Shown here one piece after another: positions 11,200 through 23,001 of a stretch of 64,000 nucleotides of DNA. The position numbers were made by a program, and so were the translations under genes. Below the pieces are notes generated by a model. It did not search any database. It was given only the letters and a program-made list of their open reading frames with translations, and was not told where the DNA came from. Numbering within the stretch: position 1 is the stretch's first letter; each line of letters starts with the position of its first letter. Origin of the DNA: an uncultured Candidatus Peribacteria bacterium. Its GTDB lineage: Bacteria; Patescibacteriota; Gracilibacteria; BD1-5; UBA2023. The DNA lies in the NCBI GenBank assembly GCA_964555845.1, contig CAZKUA010000006.1, forward strand, positions 8,215 through 72,214. The letters are read 5' to 3'.

Positions 11200-12933
11200 A
11201 TGAAAGAATTTATTAAAAAAGCAAAAGTATTACTAGAACCTGTAAAATACTCAAAATGATGGTTTTGGGTACTTTTTGGAATGGAAATTTATGACTCACT
11301 CCAAAGTATTTTTCTGATTTATGCAGGATCTATGGTTATTAGCGCGGTGGAAATGAAAAATATAGAAAATTTATATTTCTGGATTTGGGTATTTTTGATA
11401 TTTTTAGTTTTTAATACTCTAAATTCATTGTTTATGGATACCGTTTTGAATATGTTTTCTTTTAATATTTCGCGTGGACTTTCTGAAAAATATTTATGAG
11501 AATATATAAATCTTGATAATACTAAAGTTGAGTCTTTTTGAACGGGGAAAATGAGTAATATTATTTTTAGAGGAATTGAATCTTGGTATCTTAATTTAAA
11601 ATTAACATTAGATTTGACGGCTGAAATATGTGCTATAATTTATATTTTTGTATTAGTGCTTATAAAAGTGCCAAATATCTATTATTTTACAGGATTTATT
11701 GCTTTATTCGTAATAATAATTTTGTTTTTTTCAAAATGATTATCTTGTATTGCAAATATTCGTGACCAAACAAAGGAACTTGAGATAGTTCGTGATGCGA
11801 AGAGAATAAAAATGCTTATGTCTAAATTTGAGATTTTACAAAATGATAAATTTGGAAAAGAAATTGAAGTAATATCAGAATTGCATAATAAGATGATGTA
11901 TCTGTGGGCCAGATGAAATTTCATAAAAAATGCTTGGCAAATCGGATCTTTTATTATTTTAAGTAGTTTTAGGATAATTATTTTTTTAGTTATTTGAGCT
12001 TGAGTAATATCTGGAAATTATACAATCGCTAAGCTTGCTTTATTTCTGTGGCTTCTTGATGTTTTAGGGAAATATTCTTGGAATATTAGAGGATATTTTA
12101 GAGATATATTTTATAATTATATTCACATTGAAAAACTTATTGATACATTTAATTCTATTCCCAGATACCAAGAAGATCCAAATGCTCCAAAATTTGTTTA
12201 TAAATCTTGAGAAATAGTTTTTGATAAAATAGATTTTACTTATGACGGAGGTCAAGAAGTTTTTAAGGATTTTTCACTCATTTTAAATTGATGAAAAAAA
12301 TATGCTTTTGTGTGAGCGAGTGGATGAGGAAAAAGTACATTAATAAAATTAATAGCCTGATATATTAAAGCAAATAGCTGAGAAATTATTATTGATTGAC
12401 AAAAACTTTCAGAAATCTCTCTAAAATCCTATTATCGCCATATCGGATATCTCACTCAAGAGCCATCTGTTTTTGACTGAACAATTATGGAAAATCTCAC
12501 TTATGCTCTGGATTATACCCCAACTCAAGAGCAACTTGATGAGGTTATAAAAAATTCAAAATGTGAATTTATTGAGGAATTTAAGGCATGATTTGAAACT
12601 GAAATTTGAGAGAAATGAATAAAATTATCAGGCGGTCAAAAGCAACGCCTTGCAATAGCAAAAATTATGCTAAAAAACCCAGAAATAATATTGCTTGATG
12701 AGCCGACCTCAGCACTTGACAGTATCTCAGAGCAAGCAATAACAGAAGCACTTCATAATTTATTTAAATGAAAAACGGTTGTTATTATTGCTCACAGACT
12801 CCAGACAGTAAAAGAGGCGGATGAGATTATCGTGATAAAAGATGGAGAAATTTTTGAAAGATGAAATCATGAGCAGTTGAGTAATTTAAATTGAGAATAC
12901 AAGATAATGCTTGATTTACAGACGAGTTTTTAA
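11200..12933 (+). CDS. ABC exporter, fused permease and ATPase (MsbA-like), 577 aa
   Basis: Walker A VGASGGGKST has two TGA glycines. Signature LSGGQKQR and Walker [12 protein letters not shown] are present. Confidence 0.85.
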
Positions 12934-12953
12934 ATTTTAACTTAAATAAGAAT

Positions 12954-13373
12954 ATGATAAAATATAAGATAATATTACAAAAAGATTTTTTAAAAAATAA
13001 AAAAAGTTTGATGGATTTTTATCAGCCTGCATATAATGAACCTTATTTGAAGGCATTAAAAAATTCTGATTTAATTTGTGTTTGTATAGAAAAAGATAAA
13101 ATCATTTGATGAATGAGAGTTATTACGGATTTTAATAGGTTTGCATTGTTGGTAGATTTTTTTGTAAAAAAAGATAATCAAAATAAATGAATTTGATGAA
13201 ATATAACTAAAAAAGTTTTAAACTATTTGAAAAAAGAAAAAGTTTTTAATGTAATGTTAACTACGGATCCAAGACATCCATGGCTTGTAGATTATTATAA
13301 AAAATTCTGATTTAATGAAGATTTAGAATGAACTCCAATGATTATAATTAATAAAGAATACTTGTTAATTTAA
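12954..13373 (+). CDS. GNAT-family N-acetyltransferase, 139 aa
   Basis: The acetyl-CoA loop VKKDNQNKGIGGNITKKVLNYL has TGA-coded Gly. Confidence 0.6.
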
Positions 13374-13394
13374 TTTTAACTATTTATACAAAAT

Positions 13395-15326
13395 ATGCAC
13401 AATCTTCTACAAAGAGAATCTATTAAGATTATTATAAATGCACTTAAGAAATGATATGTAGTTTTCTTTCTGGGACTTATTGCTACGGTTTTTGGCTCAA
13501 TTATCTCGATTATACTTCCGTATTTTGCCAAGCTGGAACTTGACCAGTTGGTAGAGAAAAAAACAGCAGTTTTTTTTGGCATAAATTTTGTTCCTTTTCA
13601 TTTTTTTCTGCTTATACTTGTAGTTATTTTTGTTATATCTTTTTTAGATAAGATTATTTCAGAAGTTATTCAATGGTTTTTAGAAGAACGAGAGGAAATT
13701 TTCACTCACGAAACACAGCTTATTTATCTGAATAGAATGTCTCATATGGAAGTTGGACTCTCGCTTTCTGAGGGTTTTCAAAATATTTTACGTTTTGTTT
13801 CAGATAAACTTGGAAATATATTGAAAACCATTCTTGGTATACCAAAATGAATGCTGGGCATGACAATTCAGTTTATCGGAATAAGCTCAATTCTTCTTTC
13901 TATTAATTATATGATTTTTATTGTGGTGCTTTTTGGAGGATTTGTTACTTTTATTTTGGATAAAATAAAACATCATGATGATATGCAAAAATGAAATGAT
14001 CCGGAATTGAAAAGAATAGGTCAAATTACATGGTCAATTCCATGGGAATTACAAAGAAGTCTTGCGGAACTTTCCCGTAATGGAGCTACTAAGAAAATGC
14101 TTAACTCGTTCACTCAGGCAATACATAAAAAACAAGTGCTTTTACGAATATATCAAAAAAAGAATATTTGGACACAATCTTTTATTTTTATAGTTGATAA
14201 TTTTATATCTTTTCTTGTGAAAGCATGAGTCGCATATACTGTTTTTCAGGGGACTCAATCAGTCTGAGTAATGACAATGGCAGTTTTATATATTTCTAAA
14301 CTTTCTTCGCTTTTTCGTGAGAGTTCAAAAATCTTTTTTGATTTCAAAACTATAGAATTTGATCTAGATCTTTTTGACGAATTTCTAAAATTTATCAAGC
14401 CTGCATGAATAGAAAAGGGAATTATAGTTACTTCTGAAATTATATTTAGGTGAGTTTCATTTTCATATCCAAATACTCATGCAATGGAACAATCTTTTTA
14501 TAATATTATTAGGGAAACTCTATCAACCCTAAAGAAATGATCATCGGGATATCGAACATGGGTTATAGATGAAATGAAAAAAGATATTAAAGAATTTGAT
14601 AATAAAATTGAAGAAGAAACAGGAATAATATTAAAAGATTTTAGTTTCACTTTTGTCCCCGGAAAAATTTATGGTATTGTTGGAAAAAATTGAGCAGGAA
14701 AGACAACACTTATAACACTTTTATCTGGATTTTATAGATCATATAAAGGAGAAATTCTTTTTGATAAAGTAAACACAAGAAATTGGAATATGGAAGCATT
14801 CGCGAAAAATATATCTGTTATTTCACAATCTCCTTATATTTATAATGCCTATGGGGATTCATCTATTCGAAATAATTTAACTCTTGGTATAGATAGAAAT
14901 GTATCTGATGAGGAAATGTATGAACTTCTTGAAACATTTTGACTTGCAAAAAAAGTAAGAAAATCTATTAAAGGACTTGATTCTGAAGTAAAAAATGAAA
15001 TCGATCTTTCCGGAGGTCAATACCAACTTTTGGCAATTATTCGCATAATCCTACAAGATCGTCCTATTTTAGTATTTGATGAAGGAACCAACCAGCTTGA
15101 TGCCGAAAATGAGGCACTCGTGATGAAATATCTCCTCAAAAAATGTCATTCAAAAATCATCTTTTTTATTACTCATCGCATGAATACAATTGCCAGGGCT
15201 GATGAGGTTCTCTGTATCGAAGATTGAATAATAAGCGCTCATGGAAAACCTAAAGATCTCCTAGAACAAAATGATAATCCATATGCACGATTTTATAGAA
15301 CTCAAATTTTGCATGAAGAGATATAA
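13395..15326 (+). CDS. ABC exporter, fused permease and ATPase, 643 aa
   Basis: Walker A GKNGAGKTT, signature LSGGQYQ and Walker B LVFDEGTNQLD. The frame matches track ORFs 13548, 14007 and 15030. Confidence 0.8.
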
Positions 15327-15377
15327 AGTGATAATAAAAATATTTTTTTGATTAATAATAAATTAACCCTATAAATT

Positions 15378-16475
15378 ATGCAATTAAATATAAACCTAAA
15401 AAACAACAATAATAGATCTTACAAAATTTTATTTACTCAAGATATTTTAGCTGAAATTAATGATTTTATTTTAGAAAATAGAAAAATTAAAAAGATCTTA
15501 TTTTTGACTGAAAACATTGTTTGGAAATCTCATGGAAAAGATTTATTTGAGAATTTTGAGAATAAAAGTGATTTAAAATTTTATAAATATGTTTTTAAGG
15601 CATGAGAGAAAAATAAAAATATAGATACAGTTTTGGATGCTGTAAATTATTTAAATATGATAAATTTTAATAGAAATGATTTGATAATTTGTTTTTGAGG
15701 TGGGGTTGTGGGGGATTTGTGATGATTTTTATCTTCAATTTATAAAAGATGAGTGAAATTTATTCAAATTCCCACAACTCTACTTTCTGTATTAGATTCA
15801 AGTGTTTGATGAAAAACAGGTATAGATTATTCATGAATAAAAAATGTTATTTGAACCTTTAATCAGCCAAAAATTGTGTTAGTAAATAGGCAATATTTAA
15901 AAACTTTACCAGAAATTCAGCTAACATCAGGATATTTTGAATGATTAAAACATTCTCTACTTGATAACAAGAAACATTTTGAAATCTGGAGTTCTATTTT
16001 TGATGAGATTATTTCATCTAAAAAAGTATCAGATGAAATTTTAGCTAATAATATTAGTATAAAAGCTGATGTTGTAATGAGTGATGAAGAAGAAAAATGA
16101 GATAGAAAAAAACTTAATTATTGACATACTTTTGGGCATGCCGTAGAGAGTTTGAGTGATTATAAATTACCTCATTGAATATGTGTTGGATATTGAATTA
16201 TTTTTGCAAATTTATTATCTTATAAGCTTTGATATCTTGATAAGACTTTATTAGACGATATATCTTCTTTTGTACTTGAAATTGTGAGAAAATATAAAAT
16301 AAGCAATTTTAAATTAGGCGATATTTACAAAAAAATGTTAAATGATAAAAAAAATGATAGCTCAAAAATTAATTTTGTTTTACTTAAAGATATTTGAAAC
16401 TTAGAATTTATGGATATTAATAAAAAAGACTTAGAAGAGACTTACAAATTATTTTCTGATTTTTTGAAAAATTAA
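15378..16475 (+). CDS. aroB: 3-dehydroquinate synthase family protein, 365 aa
   Basis: Motifs GGGVVGDLGGF, VGGKTGID and LNYGHTFGHA. Confidence 0.75.
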
Positions 16476-16549
16476 AACAAATACATAAATTTGACTTCAA
16501 AAACAAAAAAACTAAACTTACTCAAACTATAAACCTTAACCAAGAAAAC

Positions 16550-18374
16550 TATGTGTTGAATTTTTTGATATATTTGAAATAAAAATGCGACAAGCAAGTT
16601 AATCCATTGACTTGAGAAACTCGAATATAGATGATATGATTCATCGGGTTTTGTTGTTGGAAAAGATTGAGATTTGAAATTAATTAAATCAGTTGGAAAA
16701 GTTTCAAATTTAAGTGAAAAAAGTACAAATACATTAGCAGAAAATGAGACTTTTTCTTATGGAATAGCTCATACTCGCTGGGCAACTCACGGAGGAGTGA
16801 CAGAGTTTAATTGTCATCCTCATTATTCAGAAAATGAACGCATTTTTCTTGTTCATAATTGAATTATAGAAAATTATCGTGAGCTAAAAGATGAGCTTCT
16901 TAAGAAATGATATAGTTTTTATGGGGAGACAGATTCTGAAGTTGTTGCTAAGTTAATCGAAGAAAATTGGGATCAAAATTTACTTAAAACTGTTGAAAAA
17001 GTATTACCAATACTCGAGTGAGCTTATGCATTTTTATTTATTTCAAGAGATAATCCAGATGAAATTATTTGAGTAAAATATTGAAGTCCTTTGGTTTTTG
17101 GATATTCAAAAGATAAGAGTGAATTTTATTTTTCTTCTGATACTCAAGCTCTAGCTTGAATTGTGGATGATGTAATTTTTCTTGATGATGGTGAGTTAGT
17201 TTATATCAAAAATAATGATTATACAATAAAAAGTGAGTGAAAATTAATTTCAAAATCAGCCGAGAAAATTGATGTTGCAAGCTTAAAGGCAGAGAAATGA
17301 GATTTTAAACATTTTATGTTAAAAGAAATTTTTGAACAACCAAAAGTATTAGAAGATGTTTTTAGATGAAGAATAGATTTTACTAATTCTCGCCTTAATG
17401 CTGCCGCTTTTGAGGAGCTTGATAAACATGTTTTTTCTAAAATTACTTTCGTTGCCTGTGGAACAAGTTATCACGCTGGATGGCTCGGGACTTATTGGTT
17501 TGAGGATTTGGCAGATATGGAATCTCGCGTGGAAGTTGCGAGTGAATTTGAATACAAAAATATTAAAATAGACTCAGAAACTCTCTATGTTTTTATCTCT
17601 CAATCAGGAGAAACTGCCGATTCTATCGAGCCTCTTAAATATTTGAAATCTAAATGAGCTTCAACTTTTTGAATTGTAAATGTGGTAGGTTCAACCATTT
17701 CAAGACTTACTGATTTTGGTCTTTTTACCAGAGCTGGGACAGAGGTTTGAGTGGCATCTACTAAGGCTTTTACAGCTCAAATATGCACAATTTTGCTTCT
17801 TGCTCTTTATTTTGGAGAGAAAAATTGAAATCTTTCAAGACAAAAATACAGACAAATTATCCAAGAATTACATTCTATTCCAGAGAAAATAAATGAACTT
17901 TTATCAACTTCTGATAATATTAGAAATATAGCAGAAAATATTAAAAATTATAAACAATTTTTCTTTTTAGGAAGACATCTGGAGCTTGCTATAGCATATG
18001 AGTCAAGCCTAAAATTCAAAGAAATTTCATATCTTAATTCTCAAGCACTCCCAAGTGGAGAGCTTAAACATTGATCTCTTGCTTTAGTTGATGAGGATTT
18101 TCCATCTATGATATTTATGCCAAATGATTTTTTATATGAAAAAAATCTCTCATCTGTCCAAGAAGTAAAAGCAAGAAAATGAGAAATTCTAGCAATTTCC
18201 GACAAAAATGTAGATAGTGCCACTTGGAATATTTCAATTCCACAAACTCTAGAAGAGCTATATCCATTCCTCACAGCAATTGCCGGGCAACTAGTGGCTT
18301 ACCATACAGCAGACTTACTTTATAGAAATATTGATAAACCTCGTAATCTCGCAAAAAGTGTAACTGTGAAATAA
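16550..18374 (+). CDS. glmS: Glutamine--fructose-6-phosphate aminotransferase carrying an apparent +1 frameshift near codon 24
   Basis: [24 protein letters not shown] is read in the frame of 16550. EYRGYDSSG...LAKSVTVK* is read one frame over, matching track ORF 16674. The total of 1825 nt is not divisible by 3. Confidence 0.85.
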
Positions 18375-18394
18375 ATTATTTTTAAAAAATATTT

Positions 18395-18828
18395 ATGCAA
18401 ATAACAAAAATTTATGAATGGGATATGTGACACAGAATTCCAAATCACACAAGCCAGTGTAAAAATATTCACGGTCATAGATATAAAATTGAAATAACTC
18501 TAGAATGAGATATTTTAGGGGATAAATGAGCCAGTAACGAAGGAATGATTATAGATTTTTGAGATATTAAAAAAATAACTAAAGAATTTATAGATGAAAA
18601 ATTAGACCACGGATATATGTGATATAAAGAAGACATAGTTTTGGATTTAATTAAAAAAGAAAATTTCAAATACATTGAAGTTGATTTTATTCCAACAGCT
18701 GAAAATATTGCAGTTTGGATATTTAATGAGTTGTCTCCAAAATTCGAAAAAATCTACTGAAAAAATCTAAAACTCTACAAAATCAAACTTTATGAGACCC
18801 CGAATAATTTCGTGACTTACGGGATTTA
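18395..18828 (+). CDS. queD: 6-carboxytetrahydropterin synthase (PTPS/QueD) carrying an apparent -1 frameshift near the 3' end
   Basis: GHRIPNH...C...HGH lies in the frame of 18395. The family C-terminus KLYETPNNFVTYGI* lies in the -1 frame. The 434 nt are not divisible by 3. Confidence 0.75.
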
Positions 18829-18932
18829 GAACTTCTTAATTCCTCTCCAAAAATATCCTCTTGCTATTTTTCAAAAAAATATACAATGAGAGATGCGAAA
18901 GCAAGAGTTTTTAATATTTAATTTTATTATTT

Positions 18933-19313
18933 ATGGAAGCATCTATTTTTTTGGCAAGGTTTTTATGACCTTTGTTTATAGTTATTTCTCTTAGTATTAT
19001 TATAAATGGAAATACTTTTGATCACATCATAAAGGAATTTCCAAAAAATTCTTATGTCCTGTATTTATCTGGATTAATGGCTTATGTTATGGGTGCGCTT
19101 ATGCTTTTAAATTATAATTCATGGGCATTAAATTGATTTATAATTATCACAATTATGTGATATTTGGCTTTAATAAAATGAATTCTCATTTTATTATTTC
19201 CAGAACGGATGATAAATATGGCAAAATGAATGAAATTTAGTAGATGACTTTTAATTTTTGTAGGAATAATATATTTTATATTGGGAGCTTATTTATGTTT
19301 TCTAGGATTTTAA
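18933..19313 (+). CDS. Small membrane protein with 4 predicted TM helices, 126 aa
   Basis: Continuous table-25 ORF with a hydrophobic pattern. No family recognised. Confidence 0.45.
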
Positions 19314-20287
19314 ATCTCACCTAAAAATCTCTCCATATCTGGTTTTAATTTAGCTTCAAATGTGAGCTTGACTCTTTTTGTTGGATGAATAAACGATATT
19401 TTATATGAATGTAAAAATTGCCTAGAAACTCCGAAATTTCTCTTTAAAAAGCTATTTTCTCATTTATTTCAATAAGTATTATCTCAAACGACAGGATGAC
19501 CAATGTGGCTTAAATGAATTCTAATTTGGTGCATTCTTCAGGTCTCGAGCTTACATTCAAGAAGTGAATATTTTTCGTGAATATTTTCTTTTATGACTTT
19601 GTAATGAGTTATTGCCTTGTCTCATAATTTATTATCTATTTTTATTTTGTTTTCAGATTTCGCATCTTTAATTCTAAAAATTTTATCCTTAATGGTTCAG
19701 GTTTTTTCAGTTAAAGTCCCAATACAAACTGCCAAATAATATTTCTCGATTTTATTATCTTGTAATTGCTTTAACATCGAGTCTAGCGCTGGTTTTGTTT
19801 TTGCTATCATTATAATTCCTGAAGTGTCTTTGTCTATTCTATGGATTAGAGACGGCTTAAATGTGAGAGAATTTAGTTTATTTCACAAATAATCATGAAC
19901 TTGTTGAATTAGTGAAATTTCATTTGTCTTAAAATCTCCAGGATGAACTATAGTTCCTGGATTTTTGTTTATAATAAGCAAATCTCCGTCCTCATAAATT
20001 ATATCTTTTTTATCTAAAAAATTAGTCAATGGTAGTGAATGCAGGCCTGCATTCACTACTTCTTTTTTTGCAGTAAGAAGCTCAAATTCATCATCATTTA
20101 GAAATATTTTTATTTCATCTCAAATTTGTATTTTATATTCATTATCTTGTCTTTTTCAATTTACTTTTACCTTGTTTTTGCGATTAATTTTGTAAATTAG
20201 AGAAAGACTTGAATTAACAAGAAGTTTTTTCAAGAATTTATCGAGCCTTTGATCGGCATCATTTTCTTCTATTTTAAATATTTTCAT
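19310..20287 (-). CDS. RluA-family 23S rRNA pseudouridine synthase (RluC/D-like) with S4 domain, 325 aa
   Basis: HRIDKDTSG and GRMHQIRIHL are present. The frame was checked at 19843. Confidence 0.85.
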
Positions 20288-20329
20288 TCTTCTAATTTAC
20301 AAAAATTTTGATAAAACACAAGTTTTAAA

Positions 20330-21931
20330 TTATTTTTTTCTGAGATAAGATGCTTTTGTAACTAATTTTTTTAATTCTCTTTTTGTGTAATCTGTATCTA
20401 AAAGAACTTCTTTAATATTTGAGCAAAGTACTTGTAAATCAGTGTTTCACAGATTTATTTCTTTAAATTTTTCTCACAAATAAGACAGTGCTTCAAAAAA
20501 TCCCATATATTCTTCGTTATCTTTTACTAAAACAAAAACATTAGACATTACTCTGTCTTTTTTTGTTTTATAATCATTGGTTTCTTTGTATTCCTCTATT
20601 AATTCTTTCCAATTTATATTTGAGAGAAACTCAATAAAATTCTGAGATCATTGCATTTTTGCCTTTTCCTTTACAAAATTTAAGATTGGGTTTATAAAAT
20701 TATTTGCGTATTTTCCTCAAGAAACTCCTCAAACTCATGTTGTAGAACTTGATGCTCATTTGCTTATATTTTTTAGGAAAATATTATCTATAAAATGAAT
20801 TACGGCTTTAATTGCCTTCTGTTTTAGGTTAATTGGACAATCTATTAGAGACAGATATTTAATTATTTCATCTGATTCCAAATTATCTATATCAAGCTCA
20901 CATTCTTCCAAAAAAGCTTCAATTGTAGAAAACTGGGCAAACTTAATTTTTAAATTTTCCATATTCTGAATTTGTCAATTTAAAGATTCTATTTGTCCCA
21001 ATAATTGAATATTTTCTTTTTTGATTTCTTGTAATTCTTCCCTCATTTTTCCTAATTCAAATTCTGCATTAAGAGCTATTTCTTCCCAAACTACATTATC
21101 TTCTCATGAAGTGAATGAGTTTTGTTGATTTTTCATATTTTCTTCCATTACCACCATCGAAGCCAATTTATTTTCTAATTCTTCAATTTTCTTGCTTAAT
21201 TTTTCTCTATCTTGTCTTAATCTTTCTGCCTCATCTCCCTTTGATTTTAATGCAGTTTCTGTTTTTCTTTGGGCTCTTTTAATAGATATTATTTCTTTGT
21301 CCTTTTCTTCTAATTGTAATTTTAATAGCTTAATATCCATAGTCAGGTCCTTGGTTTCTTCAAAAAACTTTTTAGCACAAAAATTAGCTGATCAATAAAA
21401 ATCAAAAACTATATCAAATTTATTCTTTACATCCCTTAATATTGCCGAAATCTCAGGATTTAAAAGTGATTTTATAGAAGTTTCAGTTTTCCTTATCAAT
21501 AAATCTATATTGTCTTTTTCTATAAATAAATAAATAGAAAGTAGCTCTTTTAAAATTATATCAAATTGTTTAGCGTCAATTTCTTTTGATAAAAATGGAT
21601 CATTTTTAATATTATCATTTAATAGTTTAAATATTTCATTGAAAGTATCTGATCATTTATTCCCTAGTTTTTTAATTTTTTCCACGGTTTTATCTGTATT
21701 TTCTACAATTCTTTTAGCATCTTTTTCTATAAGGTTTTGTATTTTTCTATTTGCTCAATTTTTTTTAGCGCCTCTTTTCAATGAAATTAAAATAATAGCT
21801 ATTTCTCTTTTATAGAAATTAATTATAGATGTTTTAGAATCTTTTAATAGATTGTCTAAAATAAATGATTTTTTATTATCATCTAATGGCGCTAAAGAAA
21901 CCTCTCTCTTATGATTTAAAGGAATGGACAT
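20330..21931 (-). CDS. Hypothetical coiled-coil protein, 533 aa
   Basis: Track ORFs 21104-21340 and 20756-20962 are in frame with the ATG at 21931 and join through TGA. No family recognised. Confidence 0.55.
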
Positions 21932-21988
21932 TGAATTTTTTTATAAATAAGTCTATAGTTTATAGTGATAAATTTATTTAAGTCAAGC

Positions 21989-22816
21989 TTATTTTGAGGA
22001 ATTTTTAGATTTTATTACTTCATATAAGAAAACTATTAGAGCTCTCCAAATTCTTTTACTCATTCTCATAGGATGAAGAATAAGTCTCCAGAGCCATTCT
22101 AGTCAGAGAGCTACAATTAATTTTGGTGCTCTTTTTTTGAAATTTAGAATATAATCAAAACTTCATCCAACTCAAATTGCTACTTTAATTTTTTCTAATT
22201 TTGGTAATATCTGTGAAATTGTAGTTTCTTGAACTTTTGCTCACTGCGTCGAGAAAAGATATACATCATCTGTTTTATTTATCTCTTCAATTATCTCGTC
22301 TTTATTTTCTTCTTTATAGATGTAGTAATGAAAAGCTGAGTTTGGATATTTCTTTTTTAAATCTCTTGCCATTACCTTTTGTCTCTCAATTTTCAAATTA
22401 TCTCACCAATTTCCAGGAGCTTGGAATTTATCAATTATTGTAACTCACTTTCATTTCAAATTCGCATATTCCACCAAATCTCTAGTTAAAATGCTTCAAA
22501 TAATTCTTTCTCAATATTTTTTGTATAATGCTTTTCTTTTTATAAATAAATTAACTCAATAGTAGGGTATTAATAGTGTATTTAAGAGCTTTCATTTGCC
22601 ATTGTCTAGTATTTGGTATCCAGCCCAAATTCCAATTCAATCTGGCACAAGATAATCTCATTTTTCTAATATTTTTCTAAAGTTTTCATCTTCTTTTGCA
22701 AGAAGTAAAATTTCAGGATTTGGTGTAAAAATAGCTAGTTTTTCTTGAGAATCCTTAATTTCATTAAAGAATTTTTTGTATTCGAGATGAACTAAGTGTA
22801 ATCAAAATATTTTCAT
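21989..22816 (-). CDS. WecB/TagA/CpsF-family glycosyltransferase, 275 aa
   Basis: Motifs PDGIGI and GVGGSFDY...RAP...GLEWLWRL. The frame was checked at 22165. Confidence 0.8.
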
Positions 22817-22869
22817 AGTTTTTAAATAAGTGTTAATAATTTAAATTTTGTAACTTAAACTTCTTTTTT

Positions 22870-22993
22870 CGTCACCCTGAGCGGAACGTAGTGGAGTCGA
22901 ATGGGTCTATTAATTTAATTTTTCCATTTTTTAAAAAAGTATTTTATAAGTAAATGGATCCTTCGACTACGTTTCACTTCGCTCAGGATGACG
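22870..22993. repeat. MITE-like element: two GC-rich inverted arms of about 37 bp flanking about 49 bp of AT-rich DNA
   Basis: The left arm is cgtcaccctgagcggaacgtagtggagtcgaatggg. The reverse complement of the right arm is cgtcatcctgagcgaagtgaaacgtagtcgaaggatcc. Confidence 0.6.
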
Positions 22994-23001
22994 ATTTAGA
23001 T

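Noticed and set aside
16476-16549. glmS ribozyme upstream of glmS, or a preQ1 riboswitch upstream of queD
   Set aside because: The intergenic regions are only about 75 nt and 20 nt, AT-rich and without the conserved cores. They are too short for either element.
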